A stretch of DNA of 64,000 nucleotides, taken from the NCBI RefSeq assembly GCF_009914755.1, contig NC_060944.1. One strand, written 5' to 3'. The stretch is from the human T2T-CHM13v2.0 reference genome, Homo sapiens. The position numbers and the translations under genes are program-made. Position 1 is the stretch's first letter. Each line of letters begins with the position of its first letter. A model generated the notes under the pieces. The model was given only the letters and a program-made list of their open reading frames with translations. It searched no databases and was not told the origin of the DNA. Below are positions 21,320-35,484 of the stretch, piece after piece.

Positions 21320-23614
21320 TGATATGGTTTGGCTGTGTCCACACCCAAATCCCAGCTTGAATTCTATCTCCCAGAATTCCCACGTTATGGGAGGGACCCA
21401 GGGTGAGGTAATTGAATCACAGAGGCCAGTCTTCCCTGTGCTATTCTCATGATAGTGAATAAGTCTCATGAGATCTGATGGGTTTATCAGGAGTTTCTGC
21501 TTTGGCTTCCTCCTCATTTTCTCTTGCTGCTGCCATGTAAGAAGGCCTTTTACCTCCTGCCATGACTCTGAGGTGTCCCCCACCATGTGGCACTGTAAAT
21601 CCAATTACAATTCTTTCTCTTTACATCTCTTTTTCTTCTCAGACTTGGGTATGTCTTTTTCAGCAGTGTGAAAACAGACTAATACAGTAAATTGATACCC
21701 GTGGTGTGGGGTGCTCCTGAAAAGATACCCAAAAATGTGCAAGTGACTTTGAAACTTGGTAACAGGCAGAGGGTGGAACAGTTTGGAGGGCTCAGAAGAA
21801 CACTGGAAAATGTGGGAAAATTTGGAACCTCCTAGAGGCTTGCTGAATGACTTTGACAAAAATGCTGATAGTGTTTTGAACAATAAGGTCCAGGCTGAGG
21901 TGGTCTCAGATGGAGATGAGGAACTTGTTGTGAACTGGAGCAAAGGTAACTCTCGTTATGTTTTAGCAAAGAGAATGGCAGCATTTTGCCTCTGTCCTAG
22001 AGATTTGTGGAACTTTGAACTTGAGAGAGATGATTTAGGTTATCTGCTGGAAGAAATTTCAAAGCAGTAAAGCATTCAAGAGGTGACTTGGGTGATGTTA
22101 AAGGCCTTTGGTTTTATAAAGGAAGCAGAGCATACCGTTTTGGAAAATTTGCAGCCTGACAATGTGATAGAGAAGAAAATCCCATTTTCTGAGGATAAAT
22201 TCAAGGTGTTTGCAGAAATTTGCATAAGTAACAAGAAGCTGAATGTTAATCCCAAAAACAATGGGGAAAATGTCTACAGGACATGTCATAGGTCATCACA
22301 GCAGCCCCTCCCATCACAAACCCAGGGCCTAGGAGGATAAAATGGATTTCTGGGCTGGGCCAGGTTCACTGTGCTGTGTGTAGCCTAGGGCCTTGTTTCT
22401 CTGCATTTCAGCCCCTCCAGCCATGGCTGAAAGGGGACAACATAGAACTCAGGCCATGGCCTTGAGAGTGCAAGCCTTGGCAGCTTCCACATTGTTTTCA
22501 GCCTGCACATGCATAGAAGTCAAGAATTGAGGTTTGGAAACCTCCACCTACATTTCAGAGGATGATTGAAAACACCTGGATATCCAAGCAGAAGTTTGCT
22601 GCAGGGGTGGTGCTCTGATGGAGAACCTCTGCTAGGGCTGTGCAGTAGGGAAATGTGGGGTCGGAGCCCCTACACAGAGTCCCTACTGGGGCACTTCCTA
22701 GTGGAGCTGTGAGGAGAGGGCCACTCTCCTCCAGACCCCAGAATGGTAGATTCACTGACAGCTTGCACCATGAGCCTGGAAAAGCTGCGGGCACTCAACA
22801 TCAGCCCATGTAAACAGCCACGAGGTGGGCTATACCCTGCAAAGCCACAGGGGCAGAACTACCCAAGGCTGTGGGAGCCGACCTCTTGCATCAGCATGAC
22901 CTTGATGTGAAACATGGAGTCAAAGGAGATCATTTTGGAGCTTTAAAATTTGACTATCTTGCTGGATTTTGGACTTGCATGGGTCCTGTAACCCCTTTCT
23001 TTTGGCCAGTTGCTCCCATTTGGAACAGCTGTGTTTACTCAATTATCTGTACCTCCATTGTATCTAGGAAGTAACTAGCTTGACCTGGATTTTACAGGGT
23101 CATAGGCAGAAGAGACTTGCCTTGTCTCAGATGAGACTTTGGACAGCGGATATTTGGGTTAATGCTGAAATGAGTTAAGATTTTGGGGGACTGTTGGGAA
23201 GGCATGATCATATTTGAAGTGTAAGGACATGAGATTTGGAGGGGCCAGGAGCAGAATAATGTGGTTTGTCTATGTCCCTACCCACATCTCAACTTGAATT
23301 GTATTGCTCAGGATTCCCATGTGTTCAGGGAGGGAACCAGGGGGAGGTAGTTGAATCTTTGGGGTTGGTCTTTCCCATGCTATTCTTGTGATAGTGAATA
23401 AATCTCACAAGATCTGATGGGTTAGTGGTTTTGTCTTTGGCTTCTTTTGCCTCCTTCTCATATTCTCTTGCCACTGCCATGTAAGAAGTGCTGTTCATCC
23501 ACCGCCATAACTCTGAGGCCTCCTCAGCCATGTGGAATCTTAATCCAATTAAGCCACTTTTTCTTCCCTGTCTCGGGTATGTCTTTATCAGCAGTGTGAA
23601 TATAGACTAATACA
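21320..23614 (+). mobile_element. Full-length THE1 MaLR element (THE1A-like): 5' LTR 21320-21686, internal 21687-23256, 3' LTR 23257-23614
   Basis: Two LTRs 'tgatatggtttggctgtgtcc...gactaataca' flank the THE1 internal sequence; 'gggtttatcaggagtttctgc' is THE1A-like; the TSD is degenerate (attgg/cttcg). Confidence 0.92.
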
Positions 23615-23910
23615 CTTCGTATTGTCAAACTTCTTAATATTTGTGGAGAGAATAGATGTGTAGTATCTTGTGCATTTCCCTGATTAGTAATGAGGTTGAG
23701 AAAATTTTTATGTTTTGCAGGCTTTCCCTTTTGTGAAATCCCTATTAATGTCTTTTCCCAATTTTCTGTTGGGTTGCTATTTTTAAAATTAATTCATAGG
23801 AGCTCCTTATACTTATTTGATATGATATTAATCTTTCGTAGGTTTTAGGTACTGCAAATATCTTCTCTAATTTATAGTTTATCTTTTGACTTTTTACTTT
23901 TATTTTTTAA

Positions 23911-24217
23911 TTTCTTTTTTTTTTTTGTTTTTGAGACAGAGTCTGGCTCTGTCATTCAGGCTGGAGTGCAGAGTCTGGCTCTGTCATTCAGGCTGGAGTG
24001 CAGTGGCTCACTGCAACCTCCACCTCCCGGGTTCAGACCATTCTCGTGCCTCAGCTTCCCAAGTAGCTGGGATTACAGGTGTCTGCCACTAATGCCTGGC
24101 TAATTTCTTGTATTTAATAGAGATGGGGTTTCACCATGTTGGCCAGCCTGGTCTCAAACTCCTGACCTCAGGTGATGTACTGTCGGGATTACAGGATTGA
24201 GACACCGTGCACAGCCT
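23911..24217 (-). mobile_element. Alu with an internal 32-bp tandem duplication
   Basis: Reverse-strand Alu; duplicated segment at 23937-24000. Confidence 0.93.
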
Positions 24218-24692
24218 ATCTTTCCACTTTTTGATGTAAAAAGTTCTTAATTTTGTGTTAGTCAAAATGTCTAATCTTTTTTAATGGTTAAATGGCTTTT
24301 TGTGTCTCATTCACTTACATTTTCTACTAAAAGTTTTAAAGTTTTGTTTCTGACATGTAAGTCTTTGTCCATCTGGAATTTAATGTTTGTATATAGAGTG
24401 AGGCAGGAATATAATTTCATTTTGTTTCTTATATCAATAACCATTATTTTTCTATTCTATTTATTGAAAAGTCCTTTCTTTGCTTGCTGATCTGCCATGT
24501 CACCTACATCACATATCAAAGATTAAATTTGTGGAGATTTGCTTGGGAGCTCTCTATTCTGTTTCATTAGTCAGTTTATCAGTGAGGACCACACTGTCTT
24601 AATTGCTGTAGCTTTATAAAAGTTCTGATATTTGCCAGCACAAATCTTTCCTCTTCCTCAATGTCTTTGATATTCTTGGCCCTTCCCTTTTC

Positions 24693-24741
24693 CATATATA
24701 TACATTTTTTCCATATATATATATATATATATATATTTATT

Positions 24742-24772
<31 letters not shown>

Positions 24773-24893
24773 ATTTATATATATATTTATATATATATTT
24801 ATATATATATTTATATATATATTAATATATATATATTTATATATATTTATATATATATATATTTATATATATATAATTAGAGAGAGAGAGAGA
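24693..24893. repeat. AT-only (TA)n/(TTTATATA)n tract followed by (GA)n
   Basis: About 165 bp of A/T only from ~24713, then AGAGAG. Confidence 0.95.
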
Positions 24894-25177
24894 GGTATCA
24901 TTTTGTTGCCCAGGCTTGAGGACAGTGGTGTAATCACAGCTCACTTCAGACTTGAACTCCTGGACTCAGGAGCTCCTCCTACCTCAGCCTCCCAAGTAAC
25001 TGGGACTCTAAGGCATGCACCACCACATCCAGCTAATTTTTAAAAAAAATATATTTTGCAATGATGGGGATCTTGCTATGCTGCCCAGGCTGGTCTCAAA
25101 CTTTTGACCTCAAGCAATCCTCCCACCTCAGGCTCCCAAAATGCTGAGATCACAAGAGTGAGCCACCACACCTGACT
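24878..25177 (-). mobile_element. AluJ-like element
   Basis: Diverged reverse-strand Alu dimer; TTTTCCATAT flanks both the Alu and the TA tract (24688, 25181). Confidence 0.9.
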
Positions 25178-26118
25178 TCATTTTCCATATTTTAAGACCA
25201 TTTTTAAAAAGTTGCTCAAGACTGCTTTTTTCTCTTGGTGTTACTTGCAACCCCCTTACTTAGCCTTGGAAATACTGTTAGTGAAGGAAATCTAAAGAGT
25301 CAAAAAGTAAAATATTCTTTCTTTTCTTCAAATTGCAAAAGAGCAGAAACCCTCCTGAATCATAAAGCTAGTTTTGATAAATTGGTGAACTGAGAGCATA
25401 CGCAGTATTATTAATTCTGTTCTAATTTCTGCTTCACTGTGGAGTGTCTTCACAGAGTCTTAAAAGATTATTGCTATGAAATATTCTTACACATGTAACC
25501 CATAACCTCTACAATTCTGCAGTTGTACTTGGCTGTCTTACCTAATACTCAGTTGCTTTGCTTCATAATATTTAAATTGGCACCTCTAATTTCCAAAAGA
25601 CATAAATACTAGTATAGATTTTTAGTTAAGCCAGAAGAAAGTAGACTTTATTTACTAACATAACTTATATGTAAAGTTTTAATAAATCTCCCTGCTCCTT
25701 TTCTTTTGCATCATAACAACCACTGAAAATAATATTTCTATAGCAGTTGGGGGTAAATGAGCAATGACTTTTGTGGCCAGAGGTGAATGGCCCAGGGGCT
25801 CCTGCACTCCAGGTCCCACTGAGCCTGTCACACAGCTGAGGGCATCAGCATTTCCACACACCTACAGTGCACACTGTCCCAGAACACAGATCCGATGCTC
25901 TCCTTTATTCACATGGGGAGTTGAGAGTATTGTCATTGTAAGTAAATTAATAAATACATATTTATACACTGTTAAAATCTGATTGGATTTGTGTCCCTTC
26001 ACAAAACAAATTGCTTAAATGAAACCACAGATTTAACATAAATGAGTACGTTTGCTTCTATGATATGCTCTTTTAAATGGAATTGGAATCTAATTTGAAA
26101 TGTGAATTAAAAGTTTAA

Positions 26119-26449
<331 letters not shown>

Positions 26450-26666
26450 TAGATTATTTTACTTTATTTTACTTATTTTTATGACTTTATTGCAATAAAA
26501 ATGCTAGCTTTTTAAGAAAATCAATCAATATAACAAAGAACATAGAAGATGAACAACAAGCATTCCCACCTCCATGATCTGGAAATAACTGTCATCAATC
26601 CAAAAACTGACACATGGTGGATCCCTTCACACCAGTTCCCAGTACAAAGTAACTCCTTGCTTGTAG

Positions 26667-26980
<314 letters not shown>

Positions 26981-27195
26981 GGAAAACATTATTCAATGGC
27001 AAACAGTAGCAGTATGCTTGGGGATTTTAGAATTGATTATTTTCATATGTCTAGAAAAGTTCAATGCATTACCTCAGGCTATAATCCCAGGGCAGAGTCT
27101 CATCTGTTAATAGGGGGCTGGTCTAAGGGTCCTTCCAGCTCTCAGATTAATGGTTTCCCATGATGAACTGCTCCCTGCCACCCATCCATCCTTGG

Positions 27196-27339
27196 TTTTG
27201 TTTATTCATTTGTTTGTTTTTACAGGACAAGGTCTCACTATATTGCCCAGGCTGGTCTTGAACTCCAGGCCTTAAGCGATCCTCCTTCCTTGGCCTCCCA
27301 AAGTGTTAGAGTTACAGATGTGAGCCTTTGTGCTCAGCC
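27196..27339 (-). mobile_element. Free left Alu monomer (FLAM-like)
   Basis: Single left arm with tail; TSD CCATCCTTGG at 27186 and 27339. Confidence 0.85.
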
Positions 27340-27798
27340 CATCCTTGGCTGTTCAAGTGTGGAGGTAAATTGTAGGTGCCAAGTTTACCTCCAGGTCAGA
27401 AGGGGCAGATGCTCCAGGAAAGAATCATAACCCTAACCAGGCCTCCCACTGCATGAAGACCTTATTTTCTGAAGCTTAAACCTGGACAAGGGTCTGACCA
27501 GTAGCACTGTGTTCATGAATATCAGGTCAAAAATTTAAAACTGGGAGTATCCAGAAGAACATGGTAGATGCAGGTGCAGTCTGCAGTCCAATGGTCAGCC
27601 ACAAAAACAGGCTACCTGTTCCTTCTCTTTATCATGGAGTCCTTGATATAAAAATCGATGACACTCTCTTGCTTCTGGTGTGCTTCCCTTTCTTCTTCAT
27701 TTTCCGTAAGTAGTTTTCTCCATCCCACCTCCCAACAGGCCACAGTCAATTCAGGACATTTTAACCATGAAAATCAGTCTACATAACATGAATTTAGA

Positions 27799-28103
27799 GG
27801 CCAGGCAGGGTGGCCCATGTCTGTAATCCCAGCACTCTGGGAGGTTGAAGTGGGAGAATGGATTGAGCTTAGGAGTTTGAGACCAGCCTGGGCAACATGG
27901 TGAAACCCTGTCTCTAACCAAAAATAAATGAATAAAAAAAAATAAGCCATGTATGGTGGTGCATGCTACTAGTCCAGCTACTCAGGAGGCTGAGGTGGGA
28001 GGATTGCTTGAGTCAAGGAGGTCAAGTCTGAAGTGGGCCAAGATCATGCCACTGCAATCCAGCCTGGGCAACAGAGTGAGACCTTATCTCAAGAGAAAAA
28101 AAA
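27799..28103 (+). mobile_element. AluJ-like element
   Basis: ggccaggcaggg...ggattgcttgag...gcaacagagtgagacc plus A tail. Confidence 0.92.
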
Positions 28104-28424
28104 GATTTATAGGACAGACTGACTCTCTTATTACAAGCCAATGCTCATTTGCCATTCCATAAATCCTAGGGCACCTTGTAAGAATTATGCCAAATCTACT
28201 CTACCCGTGCTCTATAAATGGATTCACTATTGTAGATGCCACTAAGAACATTCATGATTCACCAGAGGAGGTAAAAATAACAGCATTAATAGGAGTTTGG
28301 AAGAAGTTCATTCCAACCCTCATAAATGACTTTGAGGGGTTCAAGACTTTAGCAGAGGAAGTAACCACAGTTGTGGTGAAGATAGCAAGAGAAGTAGTAT
28401 TACAAGTGGAGCCTGAAGATGTGA

Positions 28425-28760
<336 letters not shown>

Positions 28761-29273
28761 TGAAGAGTTGCTTATTATGAATGAGCAAAGAAAGTGGTTT
28801 CTTGGGATGGAATCTACTCCTGGTGAAGATGCCGTGAACATTGTGGAAAGGACAACAAAGGACTTAGAATATTCCATAAACTTAGTTGATAGAGGAGTGG
28901 CAGGTTTTGAGAGGATAGGTTCCAGTTTTGTTATAAATTCTACTGTGGGTAAAATGCTACCAAACTGTACAGCATGCTACCGTGAAATCTTTTGTGAAAG
29001 CAAGAGTCAGTCAATGCCGCAAACTGCATTGTCATGTTATTTTAAGATATTCCCACACCCTCTCCAGCCCTCAGCAACCATCACCCTGATCAGTCAGTAG
29101 CTATCAACACTGAGTCAAGACCATCCACCAGCAAAATGATGATGACTTGCTGAAGGCCCAGATGATGGTTAGCATTTTTTGGCAATCAAGTATTTTCAAA
29201 ATAAGGTATATACATTATATTTCAGACATAATGCTATTGCACACTTCATTGACTACAGTAGTTTAAACATAAC

Positions 29274-29545
29274 TTTTTTTTTGAGATGGAGTCTCACTCT
29301 GTTGCCCAGGTTGGAGTGCAGTGGTGTGATCTTGTCTCACTGCAAACTCTGCCTCCCAGGTTCAAACAATTCTCCTGCCTCAGCCTCTTGAGTAGTTAGG
29401 AATACAGGTGCTTACCACCATTTTTGTATTTTCACAGGGTTTTCCCATGTTGACCAGGCTGGTCTCGAACTTCTGACCTCTGGTGATCCACCCGCCTCAG
29501 CCTCCCAATGTGCTGTGATTACAGGCATGAGCCACCATGCCTGGC
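29274..29545 (-). mobile_element. Alu (S-type) nested in Tigger1
   Basis: TSD AACATAACTTTT on both sides. Confidence 0.93.
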
Positions 29546-29685
29546 AACATAACTTTTATATGCACCAGAAAGCAAAGAATTTCTTGTGACTTGCAAAAAA
29601 TTTCATGTGACTTGCTCTATTGTGATATTCACCTTATTGTGGTGACCTAGAACCAAACCTGCAATATCTCCAAGGTGTGCCTGTA

Positions 29686-30060
29686 CCCCTGAAAGCAGAG
29701 CTGGAGAAAAGACTTGGGTGTGGATAGTTTATTTGGGAAGTGATTCCAAGAAGCAAGAGTGAGATGTGGGAAGAGTGAACCAGGCAAGAAAATAAAGCCA
29801 AAATAATGGCATGCTACTGAGGCTGCTCCCATGCACTTTTTTTCTGCAGGACTTTCCGAGAGGCTCTGGAAAGTTATCCAGGACTGTCCACCTGAAACAT
29901 GAGCCTCGAGCATTTGCCCACCTGTCCCACACTGGTTGAGGTCTTCCCCTGAGGCTGTTAACCTGCAAGTGTTTCTGGGCTGTATTTGTGCTCAGGCAAA
30001 ATCCTACAATAGTGGAGACGTCCCGGGGCGGAAAGTGTAGCTTGAGTTTGCTGGCAGCAC
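29686..30060 (-). mobile_element. Old ERVL-type LTR fragment (LTR33/LTR16-like)
   Basis: 'gcagagctggagaaaagacttgggtgtggatagtttatttgggaagtgattccaagaagca' resembles this family; recalled match only. Confidence 0.5.
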
Positions 30061-31063
30061 AAAGGAAGCCTGTGCTTCAGTGGAACTCCCCACGGTGGCT
30101 GAGACTCAATGAAAGGTGTGCTGAGAAGACATGACGCAGTCGTCATTGCACGGAGGAATCGTAGCCATCGATCTTGGCAAGAGGACCACCGCCCTGAATC
30201 CTGCGCTTGAGAAGGTGCCTCTCTGGCTGGGCACTCAGGCCCCTGGCCAAATGTGCCTGACCCTGCATGGCCTCTTTCCTGGGTCCATTTCAAAGTGCAA
30301 ACTGTGTTTGTCCAAATGGTGCCCAAGGCTCTGCTGTCTGAAGGGGTGAGAATTGTGTATGGAGCTTGCATGAGGCCTAGGGAGTTCCCCACACAGGGGT
30401 ATGCAAGGCTTCTCAAGTAAGGAAAGGGATAGCTATGACGAAAGAAAAAAGTTTAGCCTGGGGTTGAGGATCAGCTCTCCCTTTACTACCACATTCCCAT
30501 GCAGAGCACCAAGAAATCAGAGAATTCTACACTCGACTTTGACCTTGTGGGTTATTATGGCAGTATATTTATTGAAGTAGAAGAATAGAATGTATTTAGC
30601 TATTTTTTAGCTTCATTTATAATTCATCATTATTTAGACATAATGCAAATGTGGGCTGGAATTCATGTTCTGATTTTTGTGGCCTTGAGCTAAGGAAAAG
30701 GGACCCAGGAAATGGGCTTTATGTGTTGGATGGCTTCATGGAATCCCCAACTTCATTAGCTTCTATGATGACTCAAGATTGTTACTAAAATCCACTTTTA
30801 ATTATCTTTAAAAACCAAGGGATATTATGTAGCTCAGCGGTTAGATGGCACTTGACTCAAAATATCTATGAAGCAAAGGATATAAATGACTAAGAGCAGG
30901 AGGATCATTACCTGAAGGGGTGGAGAGTTGATCTCAGGTTATGACCTGAGAGATCCTTCCTGCTGGCTCAGTGCTGACTGAACGTGGGGCAGGAGAGCCC
31001 CAGGAGCAACACGTATCTGGGATAGGAGGGAATGCTGGGAGGAAGGAAAGGGAAATAAGCCCT

Positions 31064-31346
31064 TTTTGTTTTTATTGATACATGACAATTATAATTATTT
31101 CTAGGGTACACGTGATATTCTGATACATGCATACAATGTGTAGTCATCAAATCAAGATAATTTGCATTTCCATCACCTCAAACATTTATCATTTATTTGT
31201 GTTAGGAAAATTCCACATCTTTCCTCTAGCCATTTTGAAATGTATAATAAGTTATTGTTAACGATCATCACCCTACTGTACTATTGAACACTAGAACTTC
31301 TTCTGTTCTTTCCATCTAACTGTATTTTTGTGCCCATTAACCAACT
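31064..31346 (-). mobile_element. L1MA-type 3' end fragment
   Basis: 'ttttattgatacat...gggtacacgtgatattctgatacatgcatacaatgtgt...catcacctcaaacatttatcatt'. Confidence 0.8.
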
Positions 31347-31649
31347 TCTGGGAAGGGTAAAAGAGTGGGTGGATGAAAAGGGCCCTTCTTAATGCAAAGA
31401 AAACCTTACAAGAAGGAAAGACATCTTAGGAGGAGAAATAAAAAGGTGGACCCTGGACTTAGAGTAGGGACTGCAGAAATTGAATGGCAAAGAAAAAACC
31501 AACTTAGCAATGTAAAAATAAATCTCAATGTCATTCCTTTCACAGGTCCAATGTCTGATATTCTTTTGGCAAGCTGGATATGAAGTAGGAATCTTTCTTT
31601 GAGTCATACATTTTCATGATTATGATTGTTATTGAATAATAGCTGACAA

Positions 31650-31870
31650 TTGTTGAGAGCAATTATTGAGGACAATTGAGCTTTCACAAGCTCTTTTCAA
31701 AGGACTTTACATATATTTCTCCACTTCTAACTGTTAGATATTCTTATTATTCCCATTTTGTAGATGAGGGATGCACAGGCATAAAGCCTATGTGGAGGCA
31801 GAGAGCAGCTAAGTAACCTGACCATGGCCCAACAGCAAACAAATGATGGGGCCACATGCAAATCCAGGAG
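31650..31870 (-). mobile_element. MIR fragment
   Basis: 'tattattcccattttgtagatgagg...aagtaacctgaccatggcccaacagc'. Confidence 0.6.
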
Positions 31871-31970
31871 AACCCCTCTATTATATGAAGCTCAATGTTT
31901 TCTTGTTTGAATCTTGTTATGAATACACCTATTTGCAAAGGGGTTTTGAAGCTACATTAAAATATTCTGT

Positions 31971-32290
<320 letters not shown>

Positions 32291-33243
32291 GATTGAATTT
32301 CGAGCCCCTGACCATGTCCCCAGATTGTACTCATATGTATTTTGATGTCTTCTAAGATTTATTCTTAGTGCATTTTTTAAGTTAAAGTATTTACTGAGCA
32401 TCTACTGTACATCACGTGCTGAGATAGGCATCAGCGGTGCAGGGAACATATGGCACAGTCTCTGCCCTCAAGTAACTTTCACTCACCACATATATTTATT
32501 AGGACACCGATACATGTGTGAATATAAGATATTAGGATAGACATTGCAACAAATAATTATTTACTGTAAACCTATTTCATAGGATTTTAATCTTAAAGTA
32601 CTTTCAACCTATTTCCAAAAAATATGTATTGCATAACTTTAAAGGGATTCTTAGTTTGAAATCACCATATGAACTGCAGTAGCATCTGCTGGTGAAATAC
32701 TGCTTTGTGTCTATTAGAATTGTCCAAACAATTGGGAGAGAACTGCATTATTAGAGCTGTAAAAGTTACTGTCTAGAAATCTCAGAAAAGAAGAGGAAGT
32801 TCTATGGTAGATGAATAAGATGACATCTAAACTGTTCTCTTAAGCTACTGAAGTTCTGTGGATATCTCACAGCACAAAGTTCAAATGTATGCCCACAAAT
32901 CCTCATGCCACAAGATGTGACACCTTTCCAATCTCTTTTTGCAAAACTTTCCAATTCTGTCTCTTGTAAGAGTACTTTCTATACCCACATATTCTGGATT
33001 TTGTGGTGCACACAAAGACAAGATGGGAAGGGGGCTTCCATTTGTTGATGCCAGCTGCTCTATGGACCAGGCCCTGCCCATGCATCCTTGTTGGTTCTTT
33101 TATCCCTACATCAGCCATAGCCCATAGGCATTAACCTCCATTGTACAGATGAAGAAATTGAAACTCTAAGAGAATATGCAATTTACCCAGAGTCATGCAG
33201 CTTGTGTATGTAAGAGTTGGAATGAAAATCCAATCTGAGAATG

Positions 33244-33532
33244 CAGTAAACTATCGCAAGAACAAAAAACCAAACACCGCATATTTTCACTCATAGGTGG
33301 GAATTGAACAATGAGAATATGTGGACACAGGAAGGGGAACATCACACTCTGGGGACTGTTGTGGTGTCGGGGGAGGGGGTGGGATAGCTTTGGGAGATAT
33401 ACCTAATGCTAGATGACGAGTTAGTGGGTGCAGCGCACCAGCATGGCACATGTCTACTTATGTAACTAACCTGAAGATTGTGAACATGTACCCTAAAGCT
33501 TAAAGTATAATAATAAAAAAAAGAACAAAAAA
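33244..33532 (+). mobile_element. Young 5'-truncated L1 (L1PA2-like 3' end)
   Basis: 'ctaatgctagatgacgagttagtgggtgcagcgcacc'; poly-A; 16-bp TSD GAAAAT(C/A)CAATCTGAG at 33224 and 33533. Confidence 0.92.
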
Positions 33533-34204
33533 GAAAATACAATCTGAGTCTCAAGTCCCCTTCCACAATATGGTATCCATTTCATTTTGCAATCACCTTA
33601 GCTGGGATATATGTCTGCCCTAAAAGATAGTAAGTAGGAATACTTGTCTCTATACCTTAACCTAACATCCATGGGCTTCGTTTTTGTATTTGGAGGTGTC
33701 ATAACATTATAATAATTTGATTTTATTTGAATAGTGAGTATTATACTACTCAGTCTAGAGATCTGTGACATCCCAGTCTAAACTGGATGATAGCAATGAA
33801 GTTTCTTCAAGGAGACAAGTATGAGTAATAAGGTAGAAATAAGTTGAATTTTTATGGAGTTGCTATTTCTGAATTTAAAGCTAGCTGAGGTTAAGTAGAT
33901 ATTCAAAAAGATCACTATAATCTTCACTTGAATAATACAAACATTTATTATTTTCTACCTGTTTATTTATGGAACAAAGATGTAATTTTAAAACAGAATA
34001 TTTGCAAATTGTATTAAAATATATTAAAAACATAATACATTATCACCCAATAGGGTTGTTCACAGTAACTCAGTGTTAGTTTAAAATGTGAAATTCAATC
34101 AATATAATTCACCATAGAATATAGTGTGTATGTCAGTATAATGTATATCAACATTGGAAAGAAGTAAATTTATCTTTGTTTTTTAGTAAGATGAGATTAA
34201 AATT

Positions 34205-34305
34205 TTAGGAAATTTCAACTTTCATTTTAGATTCCGGAGGGTACCTGTGCAGGTTTATTACATGGGTGTATTATGTGATGCTGAGATTTGCGGTATGAAT
34301 GAAGG
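34205..34305 (-). mobile_element. L1PA/PB 3' end fragment
   Basis: 'aactttcattttagattccggagggtacctgtgcaggtttattacatggg'. Confidence 0.7.
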
Positions 34306-34543
34306 TGTGAGTGCCTGTCTTGAATTTGCACCCAGAGCAATCTCCCCTGATCAGCAGAGGGTAAACTAACTTGAATTACACTTGAATTTCTTAGTAGAGC
34401 ATGTCACAAAGGGCAAATTGTGGTCCAGAGACAAAAGTGTCCAACGGTCTAAAATGAGCCTGCCATATCACTTAGGGTACAGGTCTTAAGACAAATACAT
34501 TTCAGAAAGGGGTCAAACCCTTGTTTAAAGATAAATGTAAGCT

Positions 34544-34680
34544 GGCTGTGGAGGCACACGTCTGTAGTTCCAGCTACTCAGGAGGCTGAGGCAGGAGGAT
34601 CCCTTGAGTTCAGGAGTTTAAGATCAGCCTGGACAACATAGGAAGATCCCATCTCAATTTTTAAAAATGAGAAAAAAATA
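34544..34680 (+). mobile_element. Alu monomer (FLAM-like)
   Basis: 'ggctgtggaggcacacgtctgtagttccagctactcagg...cagcctggacaacatag' plus A tail. Confidence 0.8.
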
Positions 34681-35484
34681 GATAAACTTAAGCATATTAA
34701 CATTTTAAAGAGTTTCTTAAGCAAACAGAGATTCATGGATCAGCCAGCTCCAAACTGAAAGTGGTTGGAGGATCTACTGGAGGCGTTTGTAGGGAAGGCT
34801 TTTATAGGGTGAATATAGAAGTAGAGTAGAGCAATTATTTGTTTGGCAAAAATTTGGGCAGTTGCATTATTTGAACTATCCTGGTGGTAGGTCTCTCATT
34901 ATGCAGCTAATACTCAGTGGGCCACTTGGTGGACTAAGGTTGTTTCATTTTGTCTATGTACGAACCCAGGCCATGGGAGCTATCTCAGCCTAATGCTCTC
35001 CCATTACATTATTTTACACCTCTCTGTATCAGGGTAAGCGGGGATCTTCCCCACGAGGCTTCTTACCACCCTGTTTCCCTCAGCAAAATGAAACTGTCCC
35101 TTTTGCCTCTGTAGGCAATCTTCTGAACAGGGCTTTCCTAATATTCTTAGCTCATCTTATTTTATCTTATCCTCTTCTCTGTACCCTGTTTACATGCTTC
35201 TGGAACACTTGTGTGTCTTGCACACATCCCCTGCATTATTTAGGCAATCCTAAAAGAAGACCACTAGGATGGATTGGTAGAGAACTGCTGGCATATTGAG
35301 CCCTCTCTCCTTGTATTTGGAACTTTCATAATTACCTTTGTTCTCCAGACCAATTTTGCAATTATCTTCATTCTCCACTTCAAAATACATTTACCTCTGA
35401 CAGAAGCTGAGCACATAAAAGGGACCTTGTCCAGTGGTACATATGAGGCAGGAGACATGATATAGTTAAAATTATAAACTAAAA

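Larger units (their letters stand above)
20890..24690 (-). mobile_element. Old L1 (L1M-type) 3' fragments, split by THE1 and Alu insertions
   Basis: 'ttttgctattatgaat', 'ttgctttccaaagcagttg', 'gcatttccctgattagtaatgaggttgag' and 'tttattgaaaagtcc' are typical reverse-strand old-L1 motifs. Confidence 0.6.

Noticed and set aside
21605-23074. ORFs of about 60-110 aa in the THE1 internal region
   Set aside because: Fragments of the decayed MaLR internal ORF, not host genes.
30828-30862. tRNA A-box-like 'tagctcagcggttagatggcacttgact'
   Set aside because: No B-box, acceptor stem or cloverleaf follows.
34310-35010. Possible ERV1 LTR remnants around the Alu monomer
   Set aside because: The resemblance is too vague to name a family or set boundaries without a search.
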